NCBI GenBank assembly: GCA_966112835.1
Contig: CBHWEI010000001.1
Span: forward strand, 1-49,904
Source: an uncultured Acidimicrobiaceae bacterium
GTDB lineage: Bacteria; Actinomycetota; Acidimicrobiia; Acidimicrobiales; Ilumatobacteraceae
Direction: 5' to 3'
DNA length: 49,904 nucleotides
This document shows, in pieces, positions 1 through 8,460 of this stretch. The notes under the pieces are model-generated. The model was not told the origin of the DNA, made no database searches, and saw only the letters and a program-made list of their open reading frames with translations. Both the position numbers and the translations under genes were made by a program. Positions within the stretch are counted from its first letter, which is position 1, and the number at the start of each line of letters is the position of its first letter.

Positions 1-3000
1 GACCAGAGCCAGACCTACGCGTCGCACCCGTCGCACCAGGTGTTCCTGCGCGAGTACGTGCTGTCGGGCGGCGTCCCCGTCGCCACCGGCCGCCTCATCG
101 AGGGCGAGAACGGCGGGATGTCCACCTGGGCCCGCGTGAAGCAGCAGGCCCGCGAGGTGCTGGGCATCGAGCTGACCGACGCCGATGTGTTCGACGTGCC
201 GCTGCTGGTGACCGACCCGTACGGCAACTTCGTGCCGGGCGACGGCGGGTTCCCCCAGATCGTGCTCGCCGACACGACGCTGCGCGAGGGCTCGCTGCCC
301 GTCGCCGCGGCGACCACCGGCGCGGCCAAGACCGGCCACGCGTTCCTCGACGACATCGCCCACCACGCCGTGCCGAAGGCGGGCCTGGTGCCCGACGCCG
401 ACACGCTGGCCGACCCCACGGCGGGCCCCGACCCGGAGAGCGCGTACGAGGACGACGGCATCGCCGGCACGTACGACGACGAGATGCTGGACAGCCACTT
501 CATCGCCGGTGACGGCCGCGTGAACGAGAACATCGGCCTCACCGCCGTGCACCACGTGTTCCACAGCGAGCACAACCGGTTGACCGAGGAGATCGACGGG
601 ATGCTCCACGACGAGGCCAACGGCTTCACCGCCGCAGAGCTGGCCGAGTGGGAGACGTTCAACGCCTCGAGCCGCTTCGACTACCACGAGCGCCTGTTCC
701 AGGCCGCTCGCTTCGTGACCGAGATGCAGTACCAACACCTGGCGTTCGAGGAGTTCGCCCGCAAGGTGCAGCCCATGGTGAACCTGTTCGGCGAGGGTGG
801 CACCGGCTACCACACCGACATCGACCCGCGGATCACCGCCGAGTTCGCCCATGCCGTCTACCGGTTCGGTCACTCGATGCTCACCGAGACCGTCGACCGC
901 GTCACCACCAACGGTGCGCAGGACCCGATCCCGTTGCTGCAGGCGTTCCTGAACCCGCCGGCCTACTTCGAGAACACCAGCGACGCCTCGGCGGCGGCCG
1001 GTGAGATCGTGATGGGCATGACCCGTCAGGTCGGCAACGAGCTGGACGAGTTCGTGACCGAGGCGCTGCGCAACGATCTGGTCGGCCTGCCGCTGGACCT
1101 GGCGGCGCTGAACATCGCCCGTGGCCGTGAGACCGGCGTTCCGTCGCTGAACTCGTTCCGCCGCACCGTGTACGCCCGTTCGGGTGACAGCGGCCTGGCG
1201 CCGTACACCAGCTGGATCGACTTCGGCTACGCGCTGCGTCACGGCGAGGCCTCGCTGGTGAACTTCGTGGCCGCCTACGGCACCCACGACGCCATCACCG
1301 CCCAGACGACGGCCACCGGCAAGCGCGCCGCTGCACAGGCACTGTTCACACTGGCGGCCTCGCCCGAGCAGGACACCGACCTGGAGCTGGCCGCGGCACG
1401 ACAGGACGCCATCGACTTCCTGGACTCGACCGGACCGTGGTCGAACAACTCGCTCGGCGTCACCATCACCGGCCTCGACGCCGTCGACCTGTGGATGGGC
1501 GGCCTCGCCGAGCGCCAGCAGGTGTTCGGCGGCCTGCTCGGCTCGACGTTCAACTACGTCTTCGAGCGCCAGATGGAGAGCCTGCAGGACGGCGACCGCT
1601 TCTACTACCTGTCGCGCACGGCCGGCCTGAACCTGCTCACCCAGCTGGAGGGCAACTCGTTCTCCGAACTGATCATGCGCAACACCACGGCCGTCGCCCT
1701 GCCCGCCCAGGTGTTCAGCACCCCGGCGTTCATCTTCGACCTGAACGTGCAGAACGCGTCCGGTCCCATCGTCGACGATCCGGCCACCGACTACCAGGAG
1801 AACGGCCCGGGCATGCTCGTCCGCGAGCCGAACGGCACCATCCGCTACACCGGCGCCGAGCACGTCGCGTTCTGGGGCACCCCCGGGCGTGACCGGGCTC
1901 GAGCCAGCGAGGGTGACGACACGTTCCGCGGCAACGACGGCCCCGACGTCTACGAAGGCGGCGACGGCAACGACCACATCATCGGCGGCGACGGCGACGA
2001 CATCCTCACCGACCTGTTCGGCGACGAGATGATCAAGGGCGGACCCGGCAACGACACCCTGTCGTCCGGCCGCGGCTTCGGCGGCGACCTGAACTTCGGC
2101 GGTGCCGGCAGCGACTTCATCATCGGCGGCAACGACATGACCGAGTCGTTCGGCGGCGAAGGCAACGACTTCATCTTCGCCGGCGACGCCGAGGACACCG
2201 TGTTCGGCGACGAGGGCGACGACTGGATCGAAGGCGGTCGTGGACCGTTCGCCCTGCTGCAGGGCGACAGTGGCGCCCCGTTCCAGGACGACCCGAACCA
2301 GCCCGGTCACGACGTGATCTTCGGCTGGGGCGGCGAGCAGGACTACGACGCAGAGGGCGGCGACGACATCATGTTCGCCGGTCCCGGCATCCAGCGTGCC
2401 GAAGGCATGCTCGGCTTCGACTGGGTCACCCACCGCGGCGACCCCGTGCCCGGCAACTCCGACATGAGCTTCTCGGCGCTGCTGCCGCCCGCGGTGGACG
2501 TGAACCGTGACCGCTTCGACCTGGTCGAGGCGCTCTCCGGTTGGCAGTATGCCGACGTGCTGCGAGGCGACGACGGCGACGCCGGCTCCATGACGGGGCA
2601 CGAGCTCAGCGCCGAAGGCGTGGCCCGCATCCTGGGCCTCGCGGCCATCATCGACCCTGCCGGCTTCACCGGCGGCAACATCATCCTCGGCGGTGGCGGC
2701 AGCGACCTGATCGAGGGTCGCGGCGGCGACGACGTGATCGACGGCGACCGTTGGCTCGACGCGCAACTCCGCGTGCCGAACCTGGCGACCGCCGACCCGA
2801 ACGACACCAAGCTGGTCGACAACCTTCCCGTGCTGCGAGCCGACGTGCTCGCCGGCCGCATCAACCCCGGTCAGATCGTCATCGAGCGCAGCGTCAAGCT
2901 CGCCACCGACACGGCGGCCGACACCGCGGTCTTCGCCGGCCTGATGGAGGAGTACGACGTGACGGGTGACATCGACACCGGCATCATCACGGTCGCCCAC

Positions 3001-5091
3001 ATCGGCGGCCTGGCCAACGAGGGCACCGACACGCTGCACAACATCGAGCGGTTGCTGTTCGCCGACGGCGAGATCCTGCGCGGCCAGCTGATCAACCACC
3101 CGGCCACCGGCACGGTGAACGTGATCGGCACGGCCCTGGAGGGCCAGACGCTGACCGCCGTGCCGAACGTGGCCGACGAGGAGGGCGTGAACGCCGCCAG
3201 CCTGGTCATCGAGTGGCAGATCGACGTGGCCGGCGAGTTCGACCTCTTCGAGGACTGGCAGTCGCTGGGCGTGCAGGGCGACACCCTGCTGCTCGACGAC
3301 GCCGTGGTCGGCTTCCCCGTCCGCGCCGTCGCCACCTTCCTTGACGGCGCCGGTGTGAACGAGCAGGTGAACGGTGCGCCGACCGCACCGGTCGAGAACC
3401 TCAACGACACCCCGCAGGGGGCAGCGGTGCTGAGCACCCTCCTGCCCGAGGTCGGCGTGCCGATGAGCGTCGACACCTCCACCATCACCGACGCCGACGG
3501 CCTGCCGTTCAGCCTGGACATCACGTGGTTCGCCGACGGCGACACCGTCGGCACGGGCGCCGGCTACACCCCGACCGCTGCCGACGCCGGCCGTCAGTTG
3601 ACCGCAGTGGTCAGCTGGCTGGACGGTCACGGAACCCCCGAGTCGGTGCAGTCGGACATCACCCAGGCGGTCACGGTTCCGGCCCTGCCGGACCTGAGCG
3701 TCAGCTCCGCCACGCTGAACCTCGGCACCCGTGCCGTGGGCTCGGCGGCGACGGCCGGATCGGTCGCCGTCACCAACGCCGGCAACGCGCCGTTGCTGGT
3801 GACCGCGGCCACGGCCGGTGGGGCGGCTGCAGCTTCGTTCGCTCCCGACAACGGTTGCACCGCCCCGCTGGCCCCTGGCGAGTCCTGCCTCGTGACGGTG
3901 ACGCTGTCGACCGCCGGCCCTGCCGGTGCTCGGTCGGCGACGCTGACGCTGCAGAGCAACGATCCGGGTGGCGACGTGGTCGTGGCGCTGAACGCCACGC
4001 TCGTGGTCAACACGGCACCCACCGGTGCTGCGGCGATCGACGATGTCACCCCGCTCGAGACGCAGGTGCTGAACGCATCGGCCGGCTCGATCGCCGACCT
4101 CGACGGTCTGACGACGGCGACGTTCTCGTTCCGTTGGCAGCAGAGCGGTCTCGGTGGCGGCGGCAACTTCGCCGACATCGCCGGGGCGACGGGCGCCCAG
4201 TTCACCCCCGCCCAGGCGCAGGTGAACCGCCGAGTGCGAGCGATCGCCACGTTCACCGACGATCACGGCACCGTCCAGCAGGTGGCCTCGGCCGCCACGG
4301 GCCTGGTGGGTGACGTGTTCGTCGGCACCATCGCCGCCGAGGTGTGGGCCGGCACCAGCGTCGCCGACGTCGCCAGTGGCGGCGGTGGCGTCGACTCGCT
4401 GGCCGGCAATGCCGGCGACGACGTGCTGGCCGGCAACGCAGGGAACGACACCGTGAACGGCGACGGTGGCAACGACCTCATCCGCTTCGGTGTGGGTGAC
4501 GGCTTCGACATCGTCAACGGCGGCGCCGGTGGCGACATCGTGGAGGCCACGGCCAACAACACCGTCATCGGCCTGCGTGGCATCTCGGGCATCGAGATCA
4601 TCAGGTCGGCCGGCTTCAGCGGCGTCACCATCAGCGGCACCACCGGCGTCGAGAACCTCAACTTCGGTGGCGTCACGCTCATCGGCATCGTCGCCATCAA
4701 CGGCGGCGGCGGCAACGACGTCATCGCCGGATCGGCAGCGGCGGACGACATCCGCGGCGGCACCGGCAACGACACGCTGAGCGGCAACGGTGGCAACGAC
4801 ACCATCCGCGGCGGTGGCGGCACCGACGTGATCGCCCCCGGCGCCGGCAACGACGTCGTGGTGTTCGAAGTGGGTGACGGCACCAACACCGTCAACGGCT
4901 TCGACACCAACCCGACGGGTGGTCAGGACCGGTTGGACGTGCGAGCCCTCGGGGTGACCGCGGCCAACTTCAACGCCCTGGTGCAGCGCACCCAGGTGGG
5001 CGGCAACACCCGCATCACCATCGGCACGGTCGTGATCGTGCTCGCCGGCGTCAACGTCGGCACCATCTCGGTGGCCGACTTCGTGGTCTGA
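1..5091 (+). CDS. Giant secreted-type protein with an animal-haem-peroxidase-family domain, three hemolysin-type (RTX) Ca-binding repeat blocks, Ig-like/choice-of-anchor-D-like modules and a T1SS-like C-terminal tail. The 5' end lies upstream of the window.
   Basis: Frame 1 is open from base 1 (DQSQTYASHPSHQVFLREY precedes the first Met at 40) to the TGA at 5089-5091. The first ~600 aa carry peroxidase-family strings: FLDDIAHHAVP, NENIGLTAVHHVFHSEHNRL, YRFGHSMLT, LAALNIARGRETGVPSLN, DLWMGGLAE and GDRFYY. GGxGxD nonapeptide runs lie at ~1885-2240, ~2690-2750 and ~4330-4900. Confidence 0.8.
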   Translation, partial: DQSQTYASHPSHQVFLREYVLSGGVPVATGRLIEGENGGMSTWARVKQQAREVLGIELTDADVFDVPLLVTDPYGNFVPGDGGFPQIVLADTTLREGSLPVAAATTGAAKTGHAFLDDIAHHAVPKAGLVPDADTLADPTAGPDPESAYEDDGIAGTYDDEMLDSHFIAGDGRVNENIGLTAVHHVFHSEHNRLTEEIDGMLHDEANGFTAAELAEWETFNASSRFDYHERLFQAARFVTEMQYQHLAFEEFARKVQPMVNLFGEGGTGYHTDIDPRITAEFAHAVYRFGHSMLTETVDRVTTNGAQDPIPLLQAFLNPPAYFENTSDASAAAGEIVMGMTRQVGNELDEFVTEALRNDLVGLPLDLAALNIARGRETGVPSLNSFRRTVYARSGDSGLAPYTSWIDFGYALRHGEASLVNFVAAYGTHDAITAQTTATGKRAAAQALFTLAASPEQDTDLELAAARQDAIDFLDSTGPWSNNSLGVTITGLDAVDLWMGGLAERQQVFGGLLGSTFNYVFERQMESLQDGDRFYYLSRTAGLNLLTQLEGNSFSELIMRNTTAVALPAQVFSTPAFIFDLNVQNASGPIVDDPATDYQENGPGMLVREPNGTIRYTGAEHVAFWGTPGRDRARASEGDDTFRGNDGPDVYEGGDGNDHIIGGDGDDILTDLFGDEMIKGGPGNDTLSSGRGFGGDLNFGGAGSDFIIGGNDMTESFGGEGNDFIFAGDAEDTVFGDEGDDWIEGGRGPFALLQGDSGAPFQDDPNQPGHDVIFGWGGEQDYDAEGGDDIMFAGPGIQRAEGMLGFDWVTHRGDPVPGNSDMSFSALLPPAVDVNRDRFDLVEALSGWQYADVLRGDDGDAGSMTGHELSAEGVARILGLAAIIDPAGFTGGNIILGGGGSDLIEGRGGDDVIDGDRWLDAQLRVPNLATADPNDTKLVDNLPVLRADVLAGRINPGQIVIERSVKLATDTAADTAVFAGLMEEYDVTGDIDTGIITVAHIGGLANEGTDTLHNIERLLFADGEILRGQLINHPATGTVNVIGTALEGQTLTAVPNVADEEGVNAASLVIEWQIDVAGEFDLFEDWQSLGVQGDTLLLDDAVVGFPVRAVATFLDGAGVNEQVNGAPTAPVENLNDTPQGAAVLSTLLPEVGVPMSVDTSTITDADGLPFSLDITWFADGDTVGTGAGYTPTAADAGRQLTAVVSWLDGHGTPESVQSDITQAVTVPALPDLSVSSATLNLGTRAVGSAATAGSVAVTNAGNAPLLVTAATAGGAAAASFAPDNGCTAPLAPGESCLVTVTLSTAGPAGARSATLTLQSNDPGGDVVVALNATLVVNTAPTGAAAIDDVTPLETQVLNASAGSIADLDGLTTATFSFRWQQSGLGGGGNFADIAGATGAQFTPAQAQVNRRVRAIATFTDDHGTVQQVASAATGLVGDVFVGTIAAEVWAGTSVADVASGGGGVDSLAGNAGDDVLAGNAGNDTVNGDGGNDLIRFGVGDGFDIVNGGAGGDIVEATANNTVIGLRGISGIEIIRSAGFSGVTISGTTGVENLNFGGVTLIGIVAINGGGGNDVIAGSAAADDIRGGTGNDTLSGNGGNDTIRGGGGTDVIAPGAGNDVVVFEVGDGTNTVNGFDTNPTGGQDRLDVRALGVTAANFNALVQRTQVGGNTRITIGTVVIVLAGVNVGTISVADFVV

Positions 5092-5210
5092 CGATCCCCG
5101 GGACCTCGTTGACGTACCTCCGCGCCGCGATGGGCCGGACGACCCCTTCTCCCGTCGAGGGGGTCGGCCGGCCCGCCGCAGGGTTTCATCGCGGCGGAAT
5201 CCGCGCCACG

Positions 5211-6587
5211 ATGGTGCGGATGCTGCGGGAGAAGCACACTCCACCGAGGGTCGAAGGCGACCCTGACGGCGCGTTCGTCGACCTCAGCGCGGACAACCCC
5301 ACGTCGACCCTGAACCGCGTGGTGGTCATCGTGTGGGTGCTCAGCCTGCTGGTGGTCATCGGCGTGGGCGTCGCCCACGTGGCCATCATGCGCCGCGAAC
5401 TGCGCGACCACGAGATCCAGCGTGCCGTGGAGGACGTGCAGGACCGTGTCGACCTGGTGCTCGAGCACTCGGTCCCCCAGGCCCTCATCGACGGCGACCC
5501 GGCCGCCATCGAGGAGTTCGACGCCATCATCCGCGAGCACATCGTGCGACCCACCACCGCCGGCCTTGCCCTGTGGAGCCCCGACGGCCGCATCCTCTAC
5601 GCACTCGACCCGCAGTTCACCGGCACACAGCACAGCCTGCCCGTCGGCGCGAAGGAAGCACTCGACACCAATCGGGTGGTCGCCGGTCTGCGCGACAGCG
5701 GTGCGGCCGACGCCGACGCCGAAGCCGGCTGGGCGGCGAGCTCGGCCATCGAGGTGTACGCACCGTTCGCCAACGACCAGGGCGACGAGTTCGTGTGGGA
5801 GGTGGGACTGCGCCGCGACCGCGTCACCGAGCAGTCGAACCGCCTGGTGCTCACCGTCGCGCTGCTCACCGCGTTGGGCACCGCGCTGCTGCTCACCATC
5901 CAGGGCCTGCTGGCCCGCAACCTTGTCCGGCGCCACGACCGCGAGCAGTCGTACCGCCGTTGGATCACCCAGCGCGTCAGCGAGGTGGCCACCGTGGAAC
6001 GGCGGCAGATCGCTGCGGACCTGCACGACGGCGTGGTGCAGGACCTCACCGGCATCGCACTGGACCTGGAAGTGCCCATCGGCAAGGGCAAGGTGGCGCC
6101 ACCGCTCGACCCGCAGGAACGATCGTCGCTGGCCACCCGCATCCGCGCCGCGGTGACGGTGCTCCGCGGCCAGGCCGCCGAGCTGCACCCCGTGGCGTCG
6201 TCGGCCATGGAGGTCGAGACCAGCCTGCGCGACATGCTGGGCCGGGTGCCGGCGCACATCGCCACGTCGCTCGTCGTCGAGCCGGGCACCGAGGTGGCGC
6301 CCGGCTACCGCTGGTTGGTCTTCCGTGTGGCGCAGGAAGCGCTGCGCAACGTCGTGCAGCACTCGCGTGCCACCCGAGTGGTCGTGGCCATGCGTCGCGG
6401 CGAGTCGGGTACAGTCATCACGATCGACGACGACGGGGTCGGCTTCTCACCCGAGAAAGATCCCATCGAACCCGGCCACATGGGTCTGTCGCTCCTCAGC
6501 GACATGGCCTCTGCGGCGGGAGGTGTCGTGTTCATCCGTTCGGCCCCCGGGAAGGGTACGACGATCCGCCTGGAGGTTCCGGAATGA
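5211..6587 (+). CDS. Membrane sensor histidine kinase (HisKA_3 / NarL-partner type)
   Basis: Lies in ORF 5109-6587. I prefer the ATG at 5211 (MVRMLREK), but the start is uncertain. Two TM segments (VVVIVWVLSLLVVIGVGVAHVAIM and LVLTVALLTALGTALLLTIQGLL). H-box IAADLHDGVVQDL and an HATPase tail (DDDGVGF, GLSLL, GKGTTIRLEVP). The stop overlaps the next start (ATGA). Confidence 0.8.
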   Translation: MVRMLREKHTPPRVEGDPDGAFVDLSADNPTSTLNRVVVIVWVLSLLVVIGVGVAHVAIMRRELRDHEIQRAVEDVQDRVDLVLEHSVPQALIDGDPAAIEEFDAIIREHIVRPTTAGLALWSPDGRILYALDPQFTGTQHSLPVGAKEALDTNRVVAGLRDSGAADADAEAGWAASSAIEVYAPFANDQGDEFVWEVGLRRDRVTEQSNRLVLTVALLTALGTALLLTIQGLLARNLVRRHDREQSYRRWITQRVSEVATVERRQIAADLHDGVVQDLTGIALDLEVPIGKGKVAPPLDPQERSSLATRIRAAVTVLRGQAAELHPVASSAMEVETSLRDMLGRVPAHIATSLVVEPGTEVAPGYRWLVFRVAQEALRNVVQHSRATRVVVAMRRGESGTVITIDDDGVGFSPEKDPIEPGHMGLSLLSDMASAAGGVVFIRSAPGKGTTIRLEVPE

Positions 6588-7240
6588 TTCGAGTCATCGT
6601 GGTGGACGACCACCCTGTGGTCTGCGCCGGCATGGCCCGCCTCATCTCGAACGAGGACGACATCGAGGTGGTCGCGACGGCGCTCGACGGCGAGAAGGCC
6701 GTCGCGCTCGACGCCGAACTGATGCCCGACGTGGTGCTGATGGACCTGTCCATGCAGCCGGTCGACGGGGTCGAGGCCACCCGCCGCATCAAGTCGGGTC
6801 GCCCCGGCGCGAACGTGCTCATCCTGGCCGCGACGGCCGATCCGCCGCACGTGCTGTCGGCCATCGACGCCGGCGCGCTGGGCTTCCTGCTGAAGGACGG
6901 CGATCCGGCGCTCATCTCCGAGGGCATCCGCTCGGCGGCACGCGGTGAGTCGCCGCTCGACCCCCGCCTGGCCGCCACCCTGGTGCGCGACCGGCATGCC
7001 CGCCGCGCCGGTGTGAAGCTCACCGACCGCGAGGCCGAGGTGCTGAAGCTGGCCGCCCGCGGCCTGTTGAACAAGCAGATCGCCCGCGAGTTGGGCATCG
7101 GCGAGAAGACCGTGAAGGCGCACCTGGGCCGCGTCTACGAGCGCATCGGCGTCACCAACCGTGCCGATGCCGTGGCGTGGGCGGTCGAGGCCGACCTGGC
7201 CGACCCGGCGGTGGCCGCGGTGGCCAACGAGCCCGACTGA
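6584..7240 (+). CDS. NarL/LuxR-family response regulator
   Basis: Receiver domain begins MIRVIVVDDHPVV and includes VVLMDLSM. C-terminal LuxR HTH: LTDREAEVLKLAARGLLNKQIARELGIGEKTVKAHLGRVYERIGV. The ATG at 6584 overlaps the kinase TGA. Confidence 0.9.
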   Translation: MIRVIVVDDHPVVCAGMARLISNEDDIEVVATALDGEKAVALDAELMPDVVLMDLSMQPVDGVEATRRIKSGRPGANVLILAATADPPHVLSAIDAGALGFLLKDGDPALISEGIRSAARGESPLDPRLAATLVRDRHARRAGVKLTDREAEVLKLAARGLLNKQIARELGIGEKTVKAHLGRVYERIGVTNRADAVAWAVEADLADPAVAAVANEPD

Positions 7241-7523
7241 TCTCGCTCCACCCCATCTCACCTTGCATCCCCAGGGGTCTGGGGACGGGTCCTAGGACGG
7301 AAGAAATCCGCGCTGGTCCGGCACGCACGCGCGCCGCGACCTGCACACGATCCGGATGCTCGACGGCCGACCGGACGGCCTTGCTCGGCCGTTCACACCA
7401 CCACGGGTGACCGGCCGATGGCGGCCGGTGGGAGCCGTTGACGTTTACCGTCTTAGGACCCCCGCTAGGACCATCGACCGACATCTTTCGTCGTACCGGC
7501 CGAGGTGATTCAATCCGCAGCAC

Positions 7524-7581
7524 GGGGCATCGACATCCGGATCTTCCCGAGAGATCCGGATTCGACGGGAGTCGATGCCCC
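7524..7581 (+). promoter_or_regulatory. Long interrupted inverted repeat in the leader of the SARP gene (candidate operator or 5'-UTR stem-loop)
   Basis: The outer arms are GGGGCATCGAC (7524-7534) and GTCGATGCCCC (7571-7581). The inner arms are ATCCGGATCT (7535-7544) and AGATCCGGAT (7552-7561). The loop is 7 nt and there is a 9-nt bulge at 7562-7570. The structure ends 16 nt before the ATG at 7598. The structure is certain; its function is unknown. Confidence 0.5.
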
Positions 7582-7597
7582 TCGAAAGGGAACGGCG

Positions 7598-8416
7598 ATG
7601 CGAATCGAACTGTTCGGACCCCTGCGGGTCCACGACGGTGCACGAGTGCTGCGGGGTGGCGACCTGGGCGGGGCCAAGCCGCGCAGCGTGCTGGAACTGC
7701 TGCTGCTCGCCCGCGGGCGTACGGTCAGCAAGGAACGCCTCGCCGAGTCGCTCTGGCACGCCGAGCCGCCGCGCAACGCCTCGAGCACGCTCGAGCACTA
7801 CGTGTGCGTGCTGCGCCGGCGACTGTTCACCGACGCCGCCATGGCCCGCGAGGTGCTGGCCACCGAGGCGGGCGCGTACCGCTTCGACACGTCGATGGTC
7901 GACCTGGACCTGGACCGTTTCGACCGCCTCGTCCGCGAGTCCGAGCGCAGCGACGACGGTCAGTCGCGAGCCCTCCTGGGCGAGGCCGTCGAACTGGCCC
8001 GCCTGGATCTGCTCGACGACGCACCGTACGCACCGTGGGCCGTGGAGGAGCGCGAGCTGTACCGCTCGCGGGTGGCCCGCGCCCACCTGTGGCTGGCCCG
8101 CGACTGCATGGCCGCCGACCAGTTCATCGGCAGCCTGCGCCACGCCGAGGAGGCCCTGCGCTACGCCCCCTACTCGGAGGAGGCGTTCCGCACGATCATG
8201 GTGGCCGACCACGCGCTCGGCCACGCCGATCTGGCCCGACGCGCCCACCTGCGCTGCCGGCAGACGCTCGCCGAGCACCTGGGCGTGGACCCCACCAGCG
8301 AGACCGAGGCCGTGGGTGCCGCCATCGACGGCGGCGTGGCCGCAGCCGAGCTGGTGGCCGCGTTCGTCAGCCGGTCGCTCGGCCGCCTGCAGGGCGGGGT
8401 GTTGGCCGCCGCCTGA
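7598..8416 (+). CDS. Small SARP-family transcriptional regulator (OmpR-type winged helix + BTAD)
   Basis: The ATG at 7598 is preceded by GAAAGGGAA. N-terminal strings are MRIELFGPLRV, AKPRSVLELLLLARG and ERLAESLW. The BTAD-like helical part includes VDLDLDRFDRLV, ELYRSRVARAHLWLA and PYSEEAFRTIMVADHALG. Confidence 0.8.
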   Translation: MRIELFGPLRVHDGARVLRGGDLGGAKPRSVLELLLLARGRTVSKERLAESLWHAEPPRNASSTLEHYVCVLRRRLFTDAAMAREVLATEAGAYRFDTSMVDLDLDRFDRLVRESERSDDGQSRALLGEAVELARLDLLDDAPYAPWAVEERELYRSRVARAHLWLARDCMAADQFIGSLRHAEEALRYAPYSEEAFRTIMVADHALGHADLARRAHLRCRQTLAEHLGVDPTSETEAVGAAIDGGVAAAELVAAFVSRSLGRLQGGVLAAA

Positions 8417-8460
8417 ACCGGCCCGAGCCGGCGGGACGGGCACCTCGCCGAGCCCACCGG

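Noticed and set aside
4923-6362. Long reverse-strand ORF (479 aa) overlapping the peroxidase 3' end and the histidine kinase. Similar long alternative-frame ORFs occur throughout the track, e.g. 7438-9219+, 7445-9046-, 10681-12459-, 14175-16352-, 24986-26335+, 28294-30066+, 31312-33672+, 36741-38084+ and 43728-45062+.
   Set aside because: Their translations are Arg/Ala/Gly/Pro/His-rich low-complexity strings with no family motifs. Each lies opposite to, or out of frame with, a gene that has clear domain signatures. They are the expected stop-codon-poor artefacts of ~70% GC DNA.
7269-7284. Terminator hairpin CCCCAG-GGGT-CTGGGG after the response regulator gene.
   Set aside because: The stem is only 6 bp with no U-tract. 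Comparable short GC hairpins occur by chance at this GC content, so it is too weak to call.
7438-7472. Sigma-70-type promoter for the SARP gene (TTGACG at 7438-7443, with TAGGAC as the -10).
   Set aside because: The spacing to either TAGGAC copy is 10 or 22 nt, which is wrong. TAGGAC also lacks the conserved final T of TANNNT. I could not define a convincing -10/-35 pair by eye.
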